DNA of 64,000 bases from Candidatus Latescibacterota bacterium (GTDB lineage Bacteria; Krumholzibacteriota; Krumholzibacteriia; WVZY01; JAKEHA01). The translations under genes were made by a program, and so were the position numbers. Below the pieces are notes generated by a model. The model searched no databases. It saw nothing but the letters and a program-made list of their open reading frames with translations, and was not told the DNA's origin. Every line of letters begins with the position of its first letter. Positions within the stretch are counted from its first letter, which is position 1. The stretch covers positions 1,280,001 through 1,344,000 of the forward strand of contig OY970173.1 of NCBI GenBank assembly GCA_963707635.1. The letters are read 5' to 3'. Below, piece after piece: positions 1-12,962 of this stretch.

Positions 1-115
1 CCGCGCCGTGGACAAGCTCGAACAACAGATCAGGCGCTACGCCGGGCGGCTGAAGAAGCGCAAGCGCGCGCAGGGGCTGGGCGAGGTTTCGGGCGGGGTC
101 GTCGAGGGAGAATGA
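1..115 (+). CDS. hpf: Ribosome hibernation promoting factor (HPF/RaiA), 3' end only
   Basis: Frame from position 2 reads RAVDKLEQQIRRYAGRLKKRK...*, typical of the HPF C-terminal helix; directly upstream of hprK. Truncated by the window edge. Confidence 0.75.
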   Translation, partial: RAVDKLEQQIRRYAGRLKKRKRAQGLGEVSGGVVEGE

Positions 116-119
116 GCCG

Positions 120-1103
120 GTGAGCACGACGCCCAAGAAGACCATCACGGTTCGCCAGCTGCTCCTGGACACGCGGGAGGTGCTGGCGCTGGAGCAGGTC
201 AACGGCGTCGACGAAGGCCCCATCCCCATCACCGTCACCGACATCCACCGCCCGGGTCTGGCGCTCGCCGGGTTCATGCAGAACTACCTGAACGAGCGCA
301 TTCAGGTCCTGGGCGAGACCGAAGTCCTCTACCTCAACACCCGCGCCGACGACGTCCGCCGCGAGGCGGTCGACCGCCTGTTCTCCGCGCCGCTGGTGTG
401 CATCATCGTGACGCGCTCCCTGGACATTCCCAGGGAACTGCTGCAGGCGGCGACCCGGCACCACGTGCCGGTGTTGCGCAGCGCGATGCTCACGACCCCG
501 TTCATCCACCAGCTCACGAAGTACCTGGACGACGTCTTCGCGGACTCGTGCGAGATCCACGGCACCCTGGTCGACGTGTACGGGGTCGGGCTCCTGTTCA
601 GCGGCCGCAGCGGCATCGGCAAGAGCGAGATTGCGCTCGACCTGATCGAACGGGGCCACCGGCTGGTGGCCGACGACACCGTCCACGTCACCAAGATCGC
701 GGACGACGTGCTGATCGGACGGGGCAACCAGCACCTGCGGCACTTCATGGAGATCCGGGGTATCGGCATTATCAATGTTCAGGACCTCTTCGGCATCCGG
801 TCGGTCCGGGTGCAGAAGCGCATCGAGGTGGAGGTCCTGCTGGACGACTGGGACCCGAAGAAGGACTGGAACCGCGCCGGCCTCGAGGAACGCGCCACCA
901 CCATTCTCGGTGTCCAGCTGCCGCAGGTCGTAATTCCGCTTTTCCCGGGGAAGAACATCACGGTAATCTCGGAAGTAATCGCGATGAATCACATGTTGAA
1001 AGTCTACGGCGTCAACGCCGCCGAGAAGTTCAACACGCTGCTCATCGACATCATGAAGAGCGACCGGCAAACGAGGCAGTATTTGCGATACGACACTGAA
1101 TGA
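120..1103 (+). CDS. hprK: HPr(Ser) kinase/phosphorylase
   Basis: IHRPGLALAGF, Walker A GRSGIGKSE, LVADD, HFMEIRGIGII signature. Confidence 0.97.
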   Translation: MSTTPKKTITVRQLLLDTREVLALEQVNGVDEGPIPITVTDIHRPGLALAGFMQNYLNERIQVLGETEVLYLNTRADDVRREAVDRLFSAPLVCIIVTRSLDIPRELLQAATRHHVPVLRSAMLTTPFIHQLTKYLDDVFADSCEIHGTLVDVYGVGLLFSGRSGIGKSEIALDLIERGHRLVADDTVHVTKIADDVLIGRGNQHLRHFMEIRGIGIINVQDLFGIRSVRVQKRIEVEVLLDDWDPKKDWNRAGLEERATTILGVQLPQVVIPLFPGKNITVISEVIAMNHMLKVYGVNAAEKFNTLLIDIMKSDRQTRQYLRYDTE

Positions 1104-1522
1104 CCCGCGCGACAGCGACCACGAAGATGATATCGGCGATCGTCGTCACCCACGGCAGGCTCGCGGAGGAGTTCATCGCGACGGCGCGCAAGATCTATGG
1201 TGTCTTTCCCGGCGTGTACGCGGTCTCCAACGACGACAAGTCCCCGCAGGCGCTCGCGGCCGAGCTGGAGGCGGTGATCGAGGCCGGTGGCCCCGACGAC
1301 TGCTACGTCGTCTTCGTGGATTTCCTGGGCGGGAGCTGCGGGCACGCGACGCTGTCGGTCGAACGCCGCCACCGCAATGTGCGGGTCATCTCCGGGGTCA
1401 ACCTTCCCATGCTGCTCGCCTTCCTCAACAAGCGCACCGAGGTGAGCTTCGAACGGCTTCCGTCGGAACTGGCCTCGCGCGGGCGCGACAGCATCCAAGC
1501 GGTCGATTCCGACCAGCTCTAG
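1100..1522 (+). CDS. PTS mannose/fructose/sorbose family EIIA
   Basis: VVTHG phospho-His, VDFLGGS, SGVNLPML motifs; ATGA overlap with hprK. Confidence 0.92.
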   Translation: MTRATATTKMISAIVVTHGRLAEEFIATARKIYGVFPGVYAVSNDDKSPQALAAELEAVIEAGGPDDCYVVFVDFLGGSCGHATLSVERRHRNVRVISGVNLPMLLAFLNKRTEVSFERLPSELASRGRDSIQAVDSDQL

Positions 1523-1538
1523 CCATGGCGTGCCGGCC

Positions 1539-2015
1539 ATGCCCGTGAAGTTCGCTCGGATCGACGATCGACTCATCCACGGCCAGGTCGTGCTCGGCTG
1601 GGTCCCGGTGGTGAGGCCCGACCGCATCGTGGTGGCCAACGACCGCGTCGCCGGCAGCGACTGGGAGCGCCGGTTCTACGCGTCGTGCGTTCCTCCCGAG
1701 GTGCGGGTCTCCTTCTTCACCGTGGAAGACACCGCCCGCCAGCTCCACAGCAATCTGTTCGGGGACGAGGACCTGTTCCTGCTGTTCGAATCGGCGCGGG
1801 ACGTCCAGGCCCTGGTGAAGGCGGGGGTGGAGTTGAAGGAAGTCAACGTCGGCGGGCTGCATTACCGGGACGACTCCCTGGAGCTTCTGCCCTTCGTCTT
1901 TCTGACCGACGACGAGCGCGCCAGCCTGCGCGAGCTGGTGAAGCTCGGGGTCACGCTGGCCGCCCAGGACGTGCCCTCGAACCCCGCGCGGGTCATCAAC
2001 TCGCTGGTGGTATGA
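1539..2015 (+). CDS. PTS mannose family EIIB
   Basis: RIDDRLIHGQV and VNVGG motifs. Confidence 0.93.
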   Translation: MPVKFARIDDRLIHGQVVLGWVPVVRPDRIVVANDRVAGSDWERRFYASCVPPEVRVSFFTVEDTARQLHSNLFGDEDLFLLFESARDVQALVKAGVELKEVNVGGLHYRDDSLELLPFVFLTDDERASLRELVKLGVTLAAQDVPSNPARVINSLVV

Positions 2016-2701
2016 ACGTGTCGGAAGTCGTCTCCCTCGCCCTGATCGCCGGCCTGCTCGCGGTGGACGACCGCGCCGGGTGGCAGGGCCTCTTCGCCGA
2101 ACCGGTGTTCTCGTCGCTCCTGGTGGGAATGGTGACCGGGGCCGTCGGCCCCGCGCTCCACGTCGGGGTCGTGCTCCAGCTGGTCTGGCTCTCGATCGGA
2201 CAGGCCCGCGGCACGCGGCGACCCAACGTCGTCGTCGGCGGGCTGGTGGGGGCCGGCTCCGCGTGCCTGGCGCTCAATCGCACCGGGGACCCCAGCGACT
2301 CGTTCATCGTGGCGACGGCGGTCTTCTGGGGGCTCCTCGCCGGCGAGGCGGGGGCATTCATCGCCCGCGCGGCCGGCGGGTGGCGCGAACGCCGCCTCGG
2401 CGAGTTCAGGCTTCCCGGCGACGCCGAGACCGCCTCGCGCGACCTGACGCTCGCCGTCTTCGGGTCGGCGCTGTTCGTGTTCGCGGTCGACGCGCTCTCG
2501 GTGCTGGTGATGCTGCCCACGGCGGCCGTCGCCACGGTCGCGTTCACGGGCAGGGCCGCCAGCGCGGCGGCGGGGGCCGCGTGGTGGCTGACCAGCCTGC
2601 CCGCGATCGCCCTCCTGATCATGGCCCAGGCGTTCTACCAGACCCGTTCCGTTGCCCGTTTCGCCACGCTCGGCCTCTTGATCGCGCTGGTGGCGCTGTG
2701 A
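2012..2701 (+). CDS. PTS mannose family EIIC (divergent)
   Basis: ATG overlaps the EIIB stop; hydrophobic; D..AGWQGLFAEP..S...G...G...LQLVW resembles the EIIC-Man N-terminus; operon position. Confidence 0.78.
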   Translation: MNVSEVVSLALIAGLLAVDDRAGWQGLFAEPVFSSLLVGMVTGAVGPALHVGVVLQLVWLSIGQARGTRRPNVVVGGLVGAGSACLALNRTGDPSDSFIVATAVFWGLLAGEAGAFIARAAGGWRERRLGEFRLPGDAETASRDLTLAVFGSALFVFAVDALSVLVMLPTAAVATVAFTGRAASAAAGAAWWLTSLPAIALLIMAQAFYQTRSVARFATLGLLIALVAL

Positions 2702-3429
2702 GTAGCCGGCTGACGCGGCGCGATCTGGCCCGGGTCTTCACCCGGCTCCTGTTCCTGCAGGCGACCGTCCATCGCCGGGGCATGCAGAACATCGGGCTCA
2801 TGCACGCGCTCGACGCGGCCGCCCCGCGGTTGTCCAGAAACGGGACGTCGCTCCTGTCGCGCCACGCGGAGTACTTCAACACCAATCCGCACATGGCGCC
2901 GCTGGTGGTGGGGGGTGTGCTTCGCATCGAGGAAGAGGCCGAGTCGACCGGTCCCGCGTCGGTCTCGAGGTTCAAGCAGGCGGCCGCCAGCGCGCTGGCC
3001 GCCGCCGGAGACGTGTTCTTCTCGGGCGCGCTCAAGCCGCTTGCGTTGACTTTGGCCTGCTTGTCTGCTATATACAGCTTTTTCCCGGGGTTAGTCGGGA
3101 TACTCGTTCTCTACAACGCGGCCGTGTTCTACTGTCGGTACCGCGGCATCACCCTCGGGTACGCGCGGGGTTGGGGATTGGTGGAAGCGTTCTCGCGGCC
3201 GAGTGTGCAGCGGCTCCTCGGTATTGCGCGCGGGGTGGCCGCGTTTGCCGGCGGTCTGCTCGCCGGTGCGATCCTCTCACGGGCACGGACGGACGGAATT
3301 GCGACGGTGGCGATCCTGCTGGGAGTGACCGGGCTCGCCTGGCTCGCCTCGCGCCGCGGCATCACGGCGCCTCGCGTCGCGGTGATTCTGTTTCCGGTGT
3401 CGTGGATCGTCGCGATGGTGTTGAAGTAG
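2698..3429 (+). CDS. PTS mannose family EIID
   Basis: GTG overlaps the EIIC stop; MQNIG, RHAEYFNTNP, LAAAGDVFF motifs. Confidence 0.85.
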   Translation: MSSRLTRRDLARVFTRLLFLQATVHRRGMQNIGLMHALDAAAPRLSRNGTSLLSRHAEYFNTNPHMAPLVVGGVLRIEEEAESTGPASVSRFKQAAASALAAAGDVFFSGALKPLALTLACLSAIYSFFPGLVGILVLYNAAVFYCRYRGITLGYARGWGLVEAFSRPSVQRLLGIARGVAAFAGGLLAGAILSRARTDGIATVAILLGVTGLAWLASRRGITAPRVAVILFPVSWIVAMVLK

Positions 3430-3446
3430 GAACCGCTCGGAACGCA

Positions 3447-3719
3447 ATGCCTATGGTCGAATTCACCAGACAGGTCGGCAACAAGATCGGCCTCCACCTG
3501 CGAGCCGCGGGCGAGTTCGTCAAGATCGCGGCGCAGTTCTCGAGCGACATTCGCGTGTACAACGGGGACCGGTACGCGAACGGAAAGAGCATTCTCGGGC
3601 TCGCCAGCCTCGCGGCCGCCCGCGGCGCCCACCTGCGCATCGAGGTCGAGGGGGCGGACGAGGCCGCGGCGCAGAAGGCTCTCGAGGCCCTTTTCGACGC
3701 CAATTTTTACGAAGAGTAG
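3447..3719 (+). CDS. ptsH: Phosphocarrier protein HPr
   Basis: GLHLRAA (His15) and NGKSILG (Ser46). Confidence 0.95.
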   Translation: MPMVEFTRQVGNKIGLHLRAAGEFVKIAAQFSSDIRVYNGDRYANGKSILGLASLAAARGAHLRIEVEGADEAAAQKALEALFDANFYEE

Positions 3720-3789
3720 CGCGCCGGTCCGACCGGCCGCGTTCGGGTCGGCCGGGGTTCCATCCCGCTGCGCTCGACCCGCCAGGAAC

Positions 3790-5631
3790 ATGTCACGCAG
3801 CAAGACCAATAAACTCAACGGCCCCCCGAAGGGCGCGCGCGACGTGCACGTTTCCGCCGCACCGAAGCCGGAGGTGGAGAAGCACGGCATTTCGGCGTCG
3901 CCCGGCATCGTGATCGGGACCGCGTTCGTTCGCGACGCGGAACGCTTCTCGGTGCCTCGTTCCACCGTCGAGCCCGCGCGCGTCGAAGGCGAAGTGACAC
4001 GCTTCGTGGCGGCGCTCGCCGAGACCGGCAGGGAGCTCCGCGCATTCAAGGCCGACATCGCGCGGCGCATGGGGGACAACCACGCCCGTATCTTCGACGC
4101 CCACCTGCTCATCCTCGACGACAGCATGCTGGTCGACGAGACCTCGGCGGTGATTCGCACCGAGCGGCTGAACGCGGCGGCGGCGTTCGAGAAGGTGATC
4201 AACCGTTTCATCGCGTCCATCGCCGGCATCGAAGACGAGTACCTGAAGGAACGCACGATGGACGTGCAGGACGTGAAGAAGCGCGTGATCCGCAACCTCC
4301 TCGGGCACGACAACCGGGCGGCGACGCGGCCGACCGAGCCGAGCGTGATCGTGGCGCGCGAGCTCTCGCCGAGCGACACCGCCCAGCTTGATCGCCGCAC
4401 CGTGCTCGCGTACGTCACCGACCGCGGGGGCCGGACGTCACACACCGCGATCCTCGCGCGCTCGCAGGGCGTGCCGGCGGTGCTCGGCGTCGAGACCCTC
4501 TTCGAGCGGGTGGAGGCCGGAGATACGCTGGTCGTCGACGGCAACACCGGCACGGTCATCGTCAACCCGACGCCGGCCACGCTGGAGATCTACCGCCAGG
4601 AAATCGTGCGCTTCCACGAGCTCGAGGAGCAGCTGCTCACCCTCACCGGCTACCCCGCGCAGACGCTCGACGGGCGCGAGTTCATGCTGTGCGCGAATCT
4701 CGATTCGTCTGACGAGGTCGGGTCCGCGCTCGACCACGGCGCCCAGGGCGTGGGGCTGTTCCGAACCGAATACTTCTTCATCTCGCAGGAATACCTGCCG
4801 AGCGAGGAAGAGCAGTACAAGGTGTACCGCCAGCTGGCCGAAAAGATGGCGGGCGCGCCGGTCGTGATTCGCACCCTCGACGTGGGCGGCGACAAGATCG
4901 CGAGTTACCTGCACCGTTCGCCGGAGCTCAACCCCTTCATGGGGTGGCGCGGCATCCGTTTCTGCCTCACGCGCAAGGACATCTTCAAGACCCAGCTGCG
5001 CGCGATCTACCGCGCCAGCGCCCACGGCAACGTGAAGATCATGCTGCCGATGATCTCGCAGATCGAGGAAGTGCTGCGCACCCGGGAGATCTGCGCGGAA
5101 GTGCAGGAGGAGCTGCGGCGCGACCGCTACAAGTTCGCCGACAACGTGGAGCTGGGCATCATGGTCGAAACGCCGTCCGCGGTGGCGCTGGCGGACCAGC
5201 TGGCGAAGGAGGTGGCGTTCTTCTCGATCGGCACCAACGACCTGATCCAGTACACGATGGCGGTCGATCGCGGGAACAGCAAGATCGCCTACCTGTACCA
5301 GCACCTGCACCCGAGCATTCTGCGCCTGCTGCGGCTCACGGTGGAAGCGGCTCGGCGCCGCAAGGTGCACGTTAGCATCTGCGGAGAGATGGCGTGCGAC
5401 CCGCTGGCGGTGCCGATCCTGATCGGGCTCGGCCTCGACGAGTTCAGCGTGAGCCCGAACATGATTCCCGAGGTGAAGCGCATCATCCGCGCGGTGACGT
5501 ACGACGAGTGCCGGGCGCTGCTTCGGCGCGCGAGCCGTTTTCGCACCACCGCCGAGATCGAAGCCGAGGTCGAGGCGTTCCTGCGTTCGCACGTGCCCTC
5601 GGCGCTCGCGGCGGGGAAGCTGGGCACATGA
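3790..5631 (+). CDS. ptsI: PTS enzyme I
   Basis: GGRTSHTAIL, GLFRTE, RTLDVGGDK, ELNPFMGWRGIR, SIGTNDL, CGE motifs. Confidence 0.97.
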   Translation: MSRSKTNKLNGPPKGARDVHVSAAPKPEVEKHGISASPGIVIGTAFVRDAERFSVPRSTVEPARVEGEVTRFVAALAETGRELRAFKADIARRMGDNHARIFDAHLLILDDSMLVDETSAVIRTERLNAAAAFEKVINRFIASIAGIEDEYLKERTMDVQDVKKRVIRNLLGHDNRAATRPTEPSVIVARELSPSDTAQLDRRTVLAYVTDRGGRTSHTAILARSQGVPAVLGVETLFERVEAGDTLVVDGNTGTVIVNPTPATLEIYRQEIVRFHELEEQLLTLTGYPAQTLDGREFMLCANLDSSDEVGSALDHGAQGVGLFRTEYFFISQEYLPSEEEQYKVYRQLAEKMAGAPVVIRTLDVGGDKIASYLHRSPELNPFMGWRGIRFCLTRKDIFKTQLRAIYRASAHGNVKIMLPMISQIEEVLRTREICAEVQEELRRDRYKFADNVELGIMVETPSAVALADQLAKEVAFFSIGTNDLIQYTMAVDRGNSKIAYLYQHLHPSILRLLRLTVEAARRRKVHVSICGEMACDPLAVPILIGLGLDEFSVSPNMIPEVKRIIRAVTYDECRALLRRASRFRTTAEIEAEVEAFLRSHVPSALAAGKLGT

Positions 5632-6686
5632 CCCCCTCCATGACGGAGCTGCGGGGCCGGCTCGACGCTGCCGACATGCTCGGCCGGGTGCTGGGCTTTC
5701 CCGCCCAGATGGAGGCGGCGTGGAAGGTCGGCGCGGAGTTCGCGCGCCGGCTGGATGGACTGCGCGGTCGCCGCTTCGACCGCGTGGTGGTATGCGGCAT
5801 GGGTGGGTCGGCAATCGGCGGCGACCTCGCGCGCTCCTTTCTGGGCGCGCGTGCCTCGGTGCCCATCATGAGCTGCCGGGACTACGCGCTCCCCGCGAAT
5901 CTCGCTCGCGGCGCGCTCGTGATTGCCTCGAGCTACTCGGGCAACACCGGCGAGACGCTTTCGACGTACGACGCGGCGCGCGGCGTGGCCGGCGCGATCG
6001 TCGCCGTGACCAGCGGCGGCGAGATGGCGGCGCGCGCGGCGCGGGACTCGGTGCCGTGCTGCACGATTCCGGGCGGCATGCCGCCGCGTTCGGCAATCGG
6101 GTTCTCTCTCCTGCCGATGCTGCAGATTTTGCGCGCGGCCGGAATCGCGGAGTTCGACGACCACGAGTACGAGGAGGCGCGTGCCGTCGCGCGCGAGCGC
6201 TGCGAGGCCTACGGTCCCGGCTGCGCGGACAACGGCGCGATCGAACTGGCGCGCGACCTGCACGGGCGCACCGCGTTCGTGTACGCCGCGCCCGCGCTGC
6301 TCGAAGGCGTCGCGCGCCGCTGGGCCTGCCAGTTCAACGAGAACGCGAAGACGCTCGCGCACTTCGCGTTTTTCCCGGAGCTCAATCACAATGAGATCGT
6401 CGGGTGGGAAGTGGGCGACCATATAATGAAGCAGGCGGTGGTGGTTTCGATCGAGGACCGCGACGATCACCCCATGACTCGGCGCCACGCGGAAATCGGC
6501 TTGAGCCTGATGGCGCCGTTCGCAGGCAAGATCGAACGCCTGGAAACGCCCGGCGGGGGAAGGCTCGCGCGCATGCTGGCGATGATGTTGCTCGGCGATT
6601 TCGCCAGCGTCTACCTCGCCTACCTCAACGGCGTCGACCCGACGCCGGTGGAGAAGATCAACGCGCTGAAGAAGGCGATGGCTTGA
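5628..6686 (+). CDS. Bifunctional phosphoglucose/phosphomannose isomerase (SIS family)
   Basis: GMGGSAIGG, SYSGNTGET, QFNENAK, PELNHNE, GVDPTPV motifs. Confidence 0.92.
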   Translation: MTPSMTELRGRLDAADMLGRVLGFPAQMEAAWKVGAEFARRLDGLRGRRFDRVVVCGMGGSAIGGDLARSFLGARASVPIMSCRDYALPANLARGALVIASSYSGNTGETLSTYDAARGVAGAIVAVTSGGEMAARAARDSVPCCTIPGGMPPRSAIGFSLLPMLQILRAAGIAEFDDHEYEEARAVARERCEAYGPGCADNGAIELARDLHGRTAFVYAAPALLEGVARRWACQFNENAKTLAHFAFFPELNHNEIVGWEVGDHIMKQAVVVSIEDRDDHPMTRRHAEIGLSLMAPFAGKIERLETPGGGRLARMLAMMLLGDFASVYLAYLNGVDPTPVEKINALKKAMA

Positions 6687-6690
6687 AGAG

Positions 6691-6787
6691 GGGAGACGAT
6701 ATGTCGGGTTCCGCGCTCATGCGCTCGCGCGCACAAATTGGTACGCGCGACTCGCGAAATCGCACTTCACCCGACATATCGTCTCCC
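6691..6787. repeat. Intergenic hairpin module A, copy 1 (solo)
   Basis: Perfect 19-bp inverted repeat 6691-6709/6769-6787 encloses a core nearly identical to 23007-23104 and 28238-28334. Confidence 0.9.
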
Positions 6788-6813
6788 GCGACGCGAATGA
6801 GACAGGAGCAGCA

Positions 6814-7794
6814 GTGAAAGCAATCATCCCGGCAGCAGGTGTGGGCACGCGGCTTCGGCCGCACACGCACACGCTCCCGAAGGCGCTTCTGTACGTGGCG
6901 GGCAAGCCGATCATCGCCCACATCCTGGACGACGTCGTGCCGCTGAAGCCGTCGACCATCGTCCTCATCGTCGGCTACAAGGGCGAGTTGATCGAGCAGT
7001 GGGTTCGCAAGCAGTACCCGAAGCTGCCGGTCGAGTTCGTCTACCAGGCGGAGCGGCGCGGGATCGGCCACGCGGTGGATCTCACGCGCTCGGTGGCCGA
7101 CACCGGGGAGCCGCTGCTGATCGTGCTCGGCGACACCATCATCAAGACCGACCTCAACGCGGTCGTCAGCGGACCCACCAACGTGCTGGGCGTCAAGGAG
7201 GTCGGGGACCCGCGCCGGTTCGGGGTGTGCGAGGTGTCGGGCGGGCGCATCACCCGGCTGGTCGAAAAGCCGGAGACCCCACCCTCGAATCTGGCTCTGG
7301 TCGGCCTGTATTTCCTCCGCCAGGGGACCGGCCTCTTCCAGGCCGTCCGGGAGATCATCGAGCGCAACATCACCACCAACAACGAGTACCAGATCACGGA
7401 CGCCCTCCAGCTCATGATCGAGCGCGGGGTGGAGTTCGCACCCTTCGTGATCGACGAGTGGTTCGACTGCGGAAAGCCCGAAGCCATGCTTGAAACCAAT
7501 CGCAAATTGTTGAAGAATGCGCCCAGCGCACGCCCCATCGAGGGGTCGATCATCATCCCGCCGGTCTCGATCTCGCCGGGCGCGGAGATCGTGAACTCCA
7601 TCATCGGGCCGTATGTGTCGATCGCCGAGCGCGCGGTGGTGCACTCCTCCGTCATTCGGGACTCAGTTCTCGCGGAGGGGGCGACGGTCACGGACGCGTT
7701 GCTCGAGTCGAGCCTGATCGGGACCAACGCCGTCATTCGCGGCGGGTTCAAGAAGTTCGACGTGGGCGATTCGAGCGAGATCAGTTTTAAGTAG
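6814..7794 (+). CDS. Sugar-phosphate nucleotidyltransferase (glucose-1-phosphate thymidylyltransferase-like, with C-terminal beta-helix)
   Basis: IPAAGVGTRLRP, PKALL, EKP, YQITDA, WFDCG motifs. Confidence 0.9.
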   Translation: MKAIIPAAGVGTRLRPHTHTLPKALLYVAGKPIIAHILDDVVPLKPSTIVLIVGYKGELIEQWVRKQYPKLPVEFVYQAERRGIGHAVDLTRSVADTGEPLLIVLGDTIIKTDLNAVVSGPTNVLGVKEVGDPRRFGVCEVSGGRITRLVEKPETPPSNLALVGLYFLRQGTGLFQAVREIIERNITTNNEYQITDALQLMIERGVEFAPFVIDEWFDCGKPEAMLETNRKLLKNAPSARPIEGSIIIPPVSISPGAEIVNSIIGPYVSIAERAVVHSSVIRDSVLAEGATVTDALLESSLIGTNAVIRGGFKKFDVGDSSEISFK

Positions 7795-7880
7795 CGGCTC
7801 CCGGATAGGGCTGAACGACGCGCGCCTCGTCGGCCCTGCGCCCGCCAGCCGCGGGTGGCGGGTCGAGCTCCGATAAGCCC

Positions 7881-7951
7881 GAGCGGGTGGCGCCGAGAAG
7901 GGGCCCCCGCGAGGCGAAGCCCGCGGGGTGACGAGGCGACAGGACCCGCGA
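7881..7951 (+). repeat. Second intergenic element (fixed ends, variable interior), copy 1
   Basis: GAGCGGGTGGCGCCGA (7881-7896) and GGCGACAGGACCCGCGA (7935-7951) both recur on the minus strand at 11258-11164. Confidence 0.75.
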
Positions 7952-7972
7952 GTGGTTTGTTAAGGAGGCATC

Positions 7973-11110
<3,138 letters not shown>

Positions 11111-11163
11111 GGGCGACAAGGATACACGGGCTCGCCGTCTCGGGTCCACAGCTTGCTCTGACT

Positions 11164-11258
11164 TCGCGGGTCCTGTCGCCGACAGCCCGGGACGGCTCGT
11201 TTCGTCCGCGACGGCGCGCTAGACTCGCTCCCCGCCCGCCCGTCGGCGCCACCCGCTC
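11164..11258 (-). repeat. Second intergenic element, copy 2
   Basis: Reverse complement carries the same 16-nt and 17-nt ends as 7881-7951; begins within the TGA stop of the GWxTD gene. Confidence 0.75.
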
Positions 11259-12951
11259 AGTCCTGGTCCGGTTTTTCGCTGGGCTCGACGATCCGGAACG
11301 TCGCCTGGCGCAACTCGATCGACTGCCAGTATTCGTCCTTGATCCTCACCATGAAGTCGTAGAGACCGGGCTTCAAGTTCGCGCTCTGAATGGTCAAATG
11401 GAGCGGTTGGTTCGCGCTGTAGCCCGAACCGCGGAAGCTCGACGCGAACACGGTGGGCTCGTCGCGAAAGCGGTCGAGCGCCCCGCGCTTCTCCGGCGAG
11501 TGCGGCACCACGCGGTATTCCACCTCGTAGTTCGTGACCCCGCCCTGGTCGAGCCCGAGGTTGTAGACCTCGAAATACAACGACACCGGCGAGCCGACCG
11601 CGTAGCGCCGGATCGGGTGCGGGACGACTTCCAGCGCGCCGCGCGCGAACGGCGACGTCGTTTCTAGCGTCGCGATCTTCTGGGCGAAGAGCACGTCGCT
11701 GATCGCGAGGTCTTTGTCGAAGTTCCGCGTCGAGAGCGTGGTCTTGTAGGCGGAGGACAGCTTCTGGTCGCGATCCGCCACGCTCACCGCCACGCGATAG
11801 TAGCTGCGCGGGAGTGAAAACACGATCTGGGCGGGGACGAGCCGCGCCGCGCTTGAGGCGGGCAGTGGGAGCTTCAACTCGCGCGTCTGCTGGTCCACCA
11901 CCCGGTAGCCTTCGTCGAACACGGTCACGTCGGCGACGTAGGTGCGCTCCGCCGCCTCGCCCTCGGCGGGCTTGACGAAAAACTCGAGATTCACCTCCGC
12001 GCGAATCACGCCCTCGCCGCCTCGAAACTGTTCGACCCCGAAATAGAACGGGAACGCCGTCTTCGCGAAGTTGAACGGGTAGGACGACGGGGTGTCCTCG
12101 AGGACGCCCTCGAAATTCGACGCGAGCTCCTTCACCTGATCCTTGTCGAACACGACCGCGGGGTTGCCGGGGAGCGACCGCGCCCAGTCGGGGTCGACGA
12201 TCTCGTCCATGCCTTCGGTGGTTCCCCCGAGGCGGGGCCGCAGGAAGCGCTGCGGCTCGACCCCGATCAGCGCCTCGCGCACAGCTCCCCACTCCACGCC
12301 GGTCTCGTTGACCTCGGCGTCGCGGTAGAAATCGAGGTACTGGGGCGGGATCTGCTCCTGGATGGACTCCCGGGTATCGTAGACGAGGAACTCCGCCAGC
12401 TCGGGGCTGACGTCCTGCGCGTCGCCGAGGGGAGTGACGGCGTAGATGTAGTTGCCGTGCAGCGACTCGTCGCGGAACTGGACCATCATCTGGTGGCGCC
12501 GGTAATACCACAGCTCGCCCGGCGCGTGGACCTTGCGCGCGGTCACTTCGGCTTCGATCTTTCCCCGGTAGTCGGGGAATCCGTAACGAATGAGCACCTC
12601 TCCCCGCGTGTCCCAGCCGGGCCACTCGGCGCGCGCGAAGTCCGCGCGCGCGATGTCGGCGCGAAGGTAGTGTTCAAGCTTCATCTCGTTCTTCGGCGTG
12701 GTCGGCGTCGGGTCCTGCGCGGCCCAGAAGCGCTTGATCCATTGTGTGCGCGCGTCGTCGTCCGCCAGGCGAAAGAACTGACGGAGCTGGTAGGGATTCA
12801 TGACGTACTGGAGCGAGGCGACCTGGCGCTGCATGCGCGGCTCGAGACGGGCGAGATCGGCGGCGGTGACGTGGTACTCCGGGTCCGCGCTCGCGGGCCA
12901 CGCGCCGACGCACGCGGCGAGGAGTAAACACGGGAGTGCCAGGCGTCGCAT
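11257..12951 (-). CDS. GWxTD-domain secreted protein
   Basis: Signal peptide MRRLALPCLLLAACVGAWPASA; FWAAQDPTPTTPKNE and GWDTRGEVLIRYGFP (variant of GWxTDRG). Confidence 0.8.
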   Translation of the reverse strand: MRRLALPCLLLAACVGAWPASADPEYHVTAADLARLEPRMQRQVASLQYVMNPYQLRQFFRLADDDARTQWIKRFWAAQDPTPTTPKNEMKLEHYLRADIARADFARAEWPGWDTRGEVLIRYGFPDYRGKIEAEVTARKVHAPGELWYYRRHQMMVQFRDESLHGNYIYAVTPLGDAQDVSPELAEFLVYDTRESIQEQIPPQYLDFYRDAEVNETGVEWGAVREALIGVEPQRFLRPRLGGTTEGMDEIVDPDWARSLPGNPAVVFDKDQVKELASNFEGVLEDTPSSYPFNFAKTAFPFYFGVEQFRGGEGVIRAEVNLEFFVKPAEGEAAERTYVADVTVFDEGYRVVDQQTRELKLPLPASSAARLVPAQIVFSLPRSYYRVAVSVADRDQKLSSAYKTTLSTRNFDKDLAISDVLFAQKIATLETTSPFARGALEVVPHPIRRYAVGSPVSLYFEVYNLGLDQGGVTNYEVEYRVVPHSPEKRGALDRFRDEPTVFASSFRGSGYSANQPLHLTIQSANLKPGLYDFMVRIKDEYWQSIELRQATFRIVEPSEKPDQD

Positions 12952-12962
12952 CGCGGTCCAAC

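Noticed and set aside
3772..3784. 13-nt inverted match to 7856-7868
   Set aside because: Too short and GC-rich to distinguish from chance.
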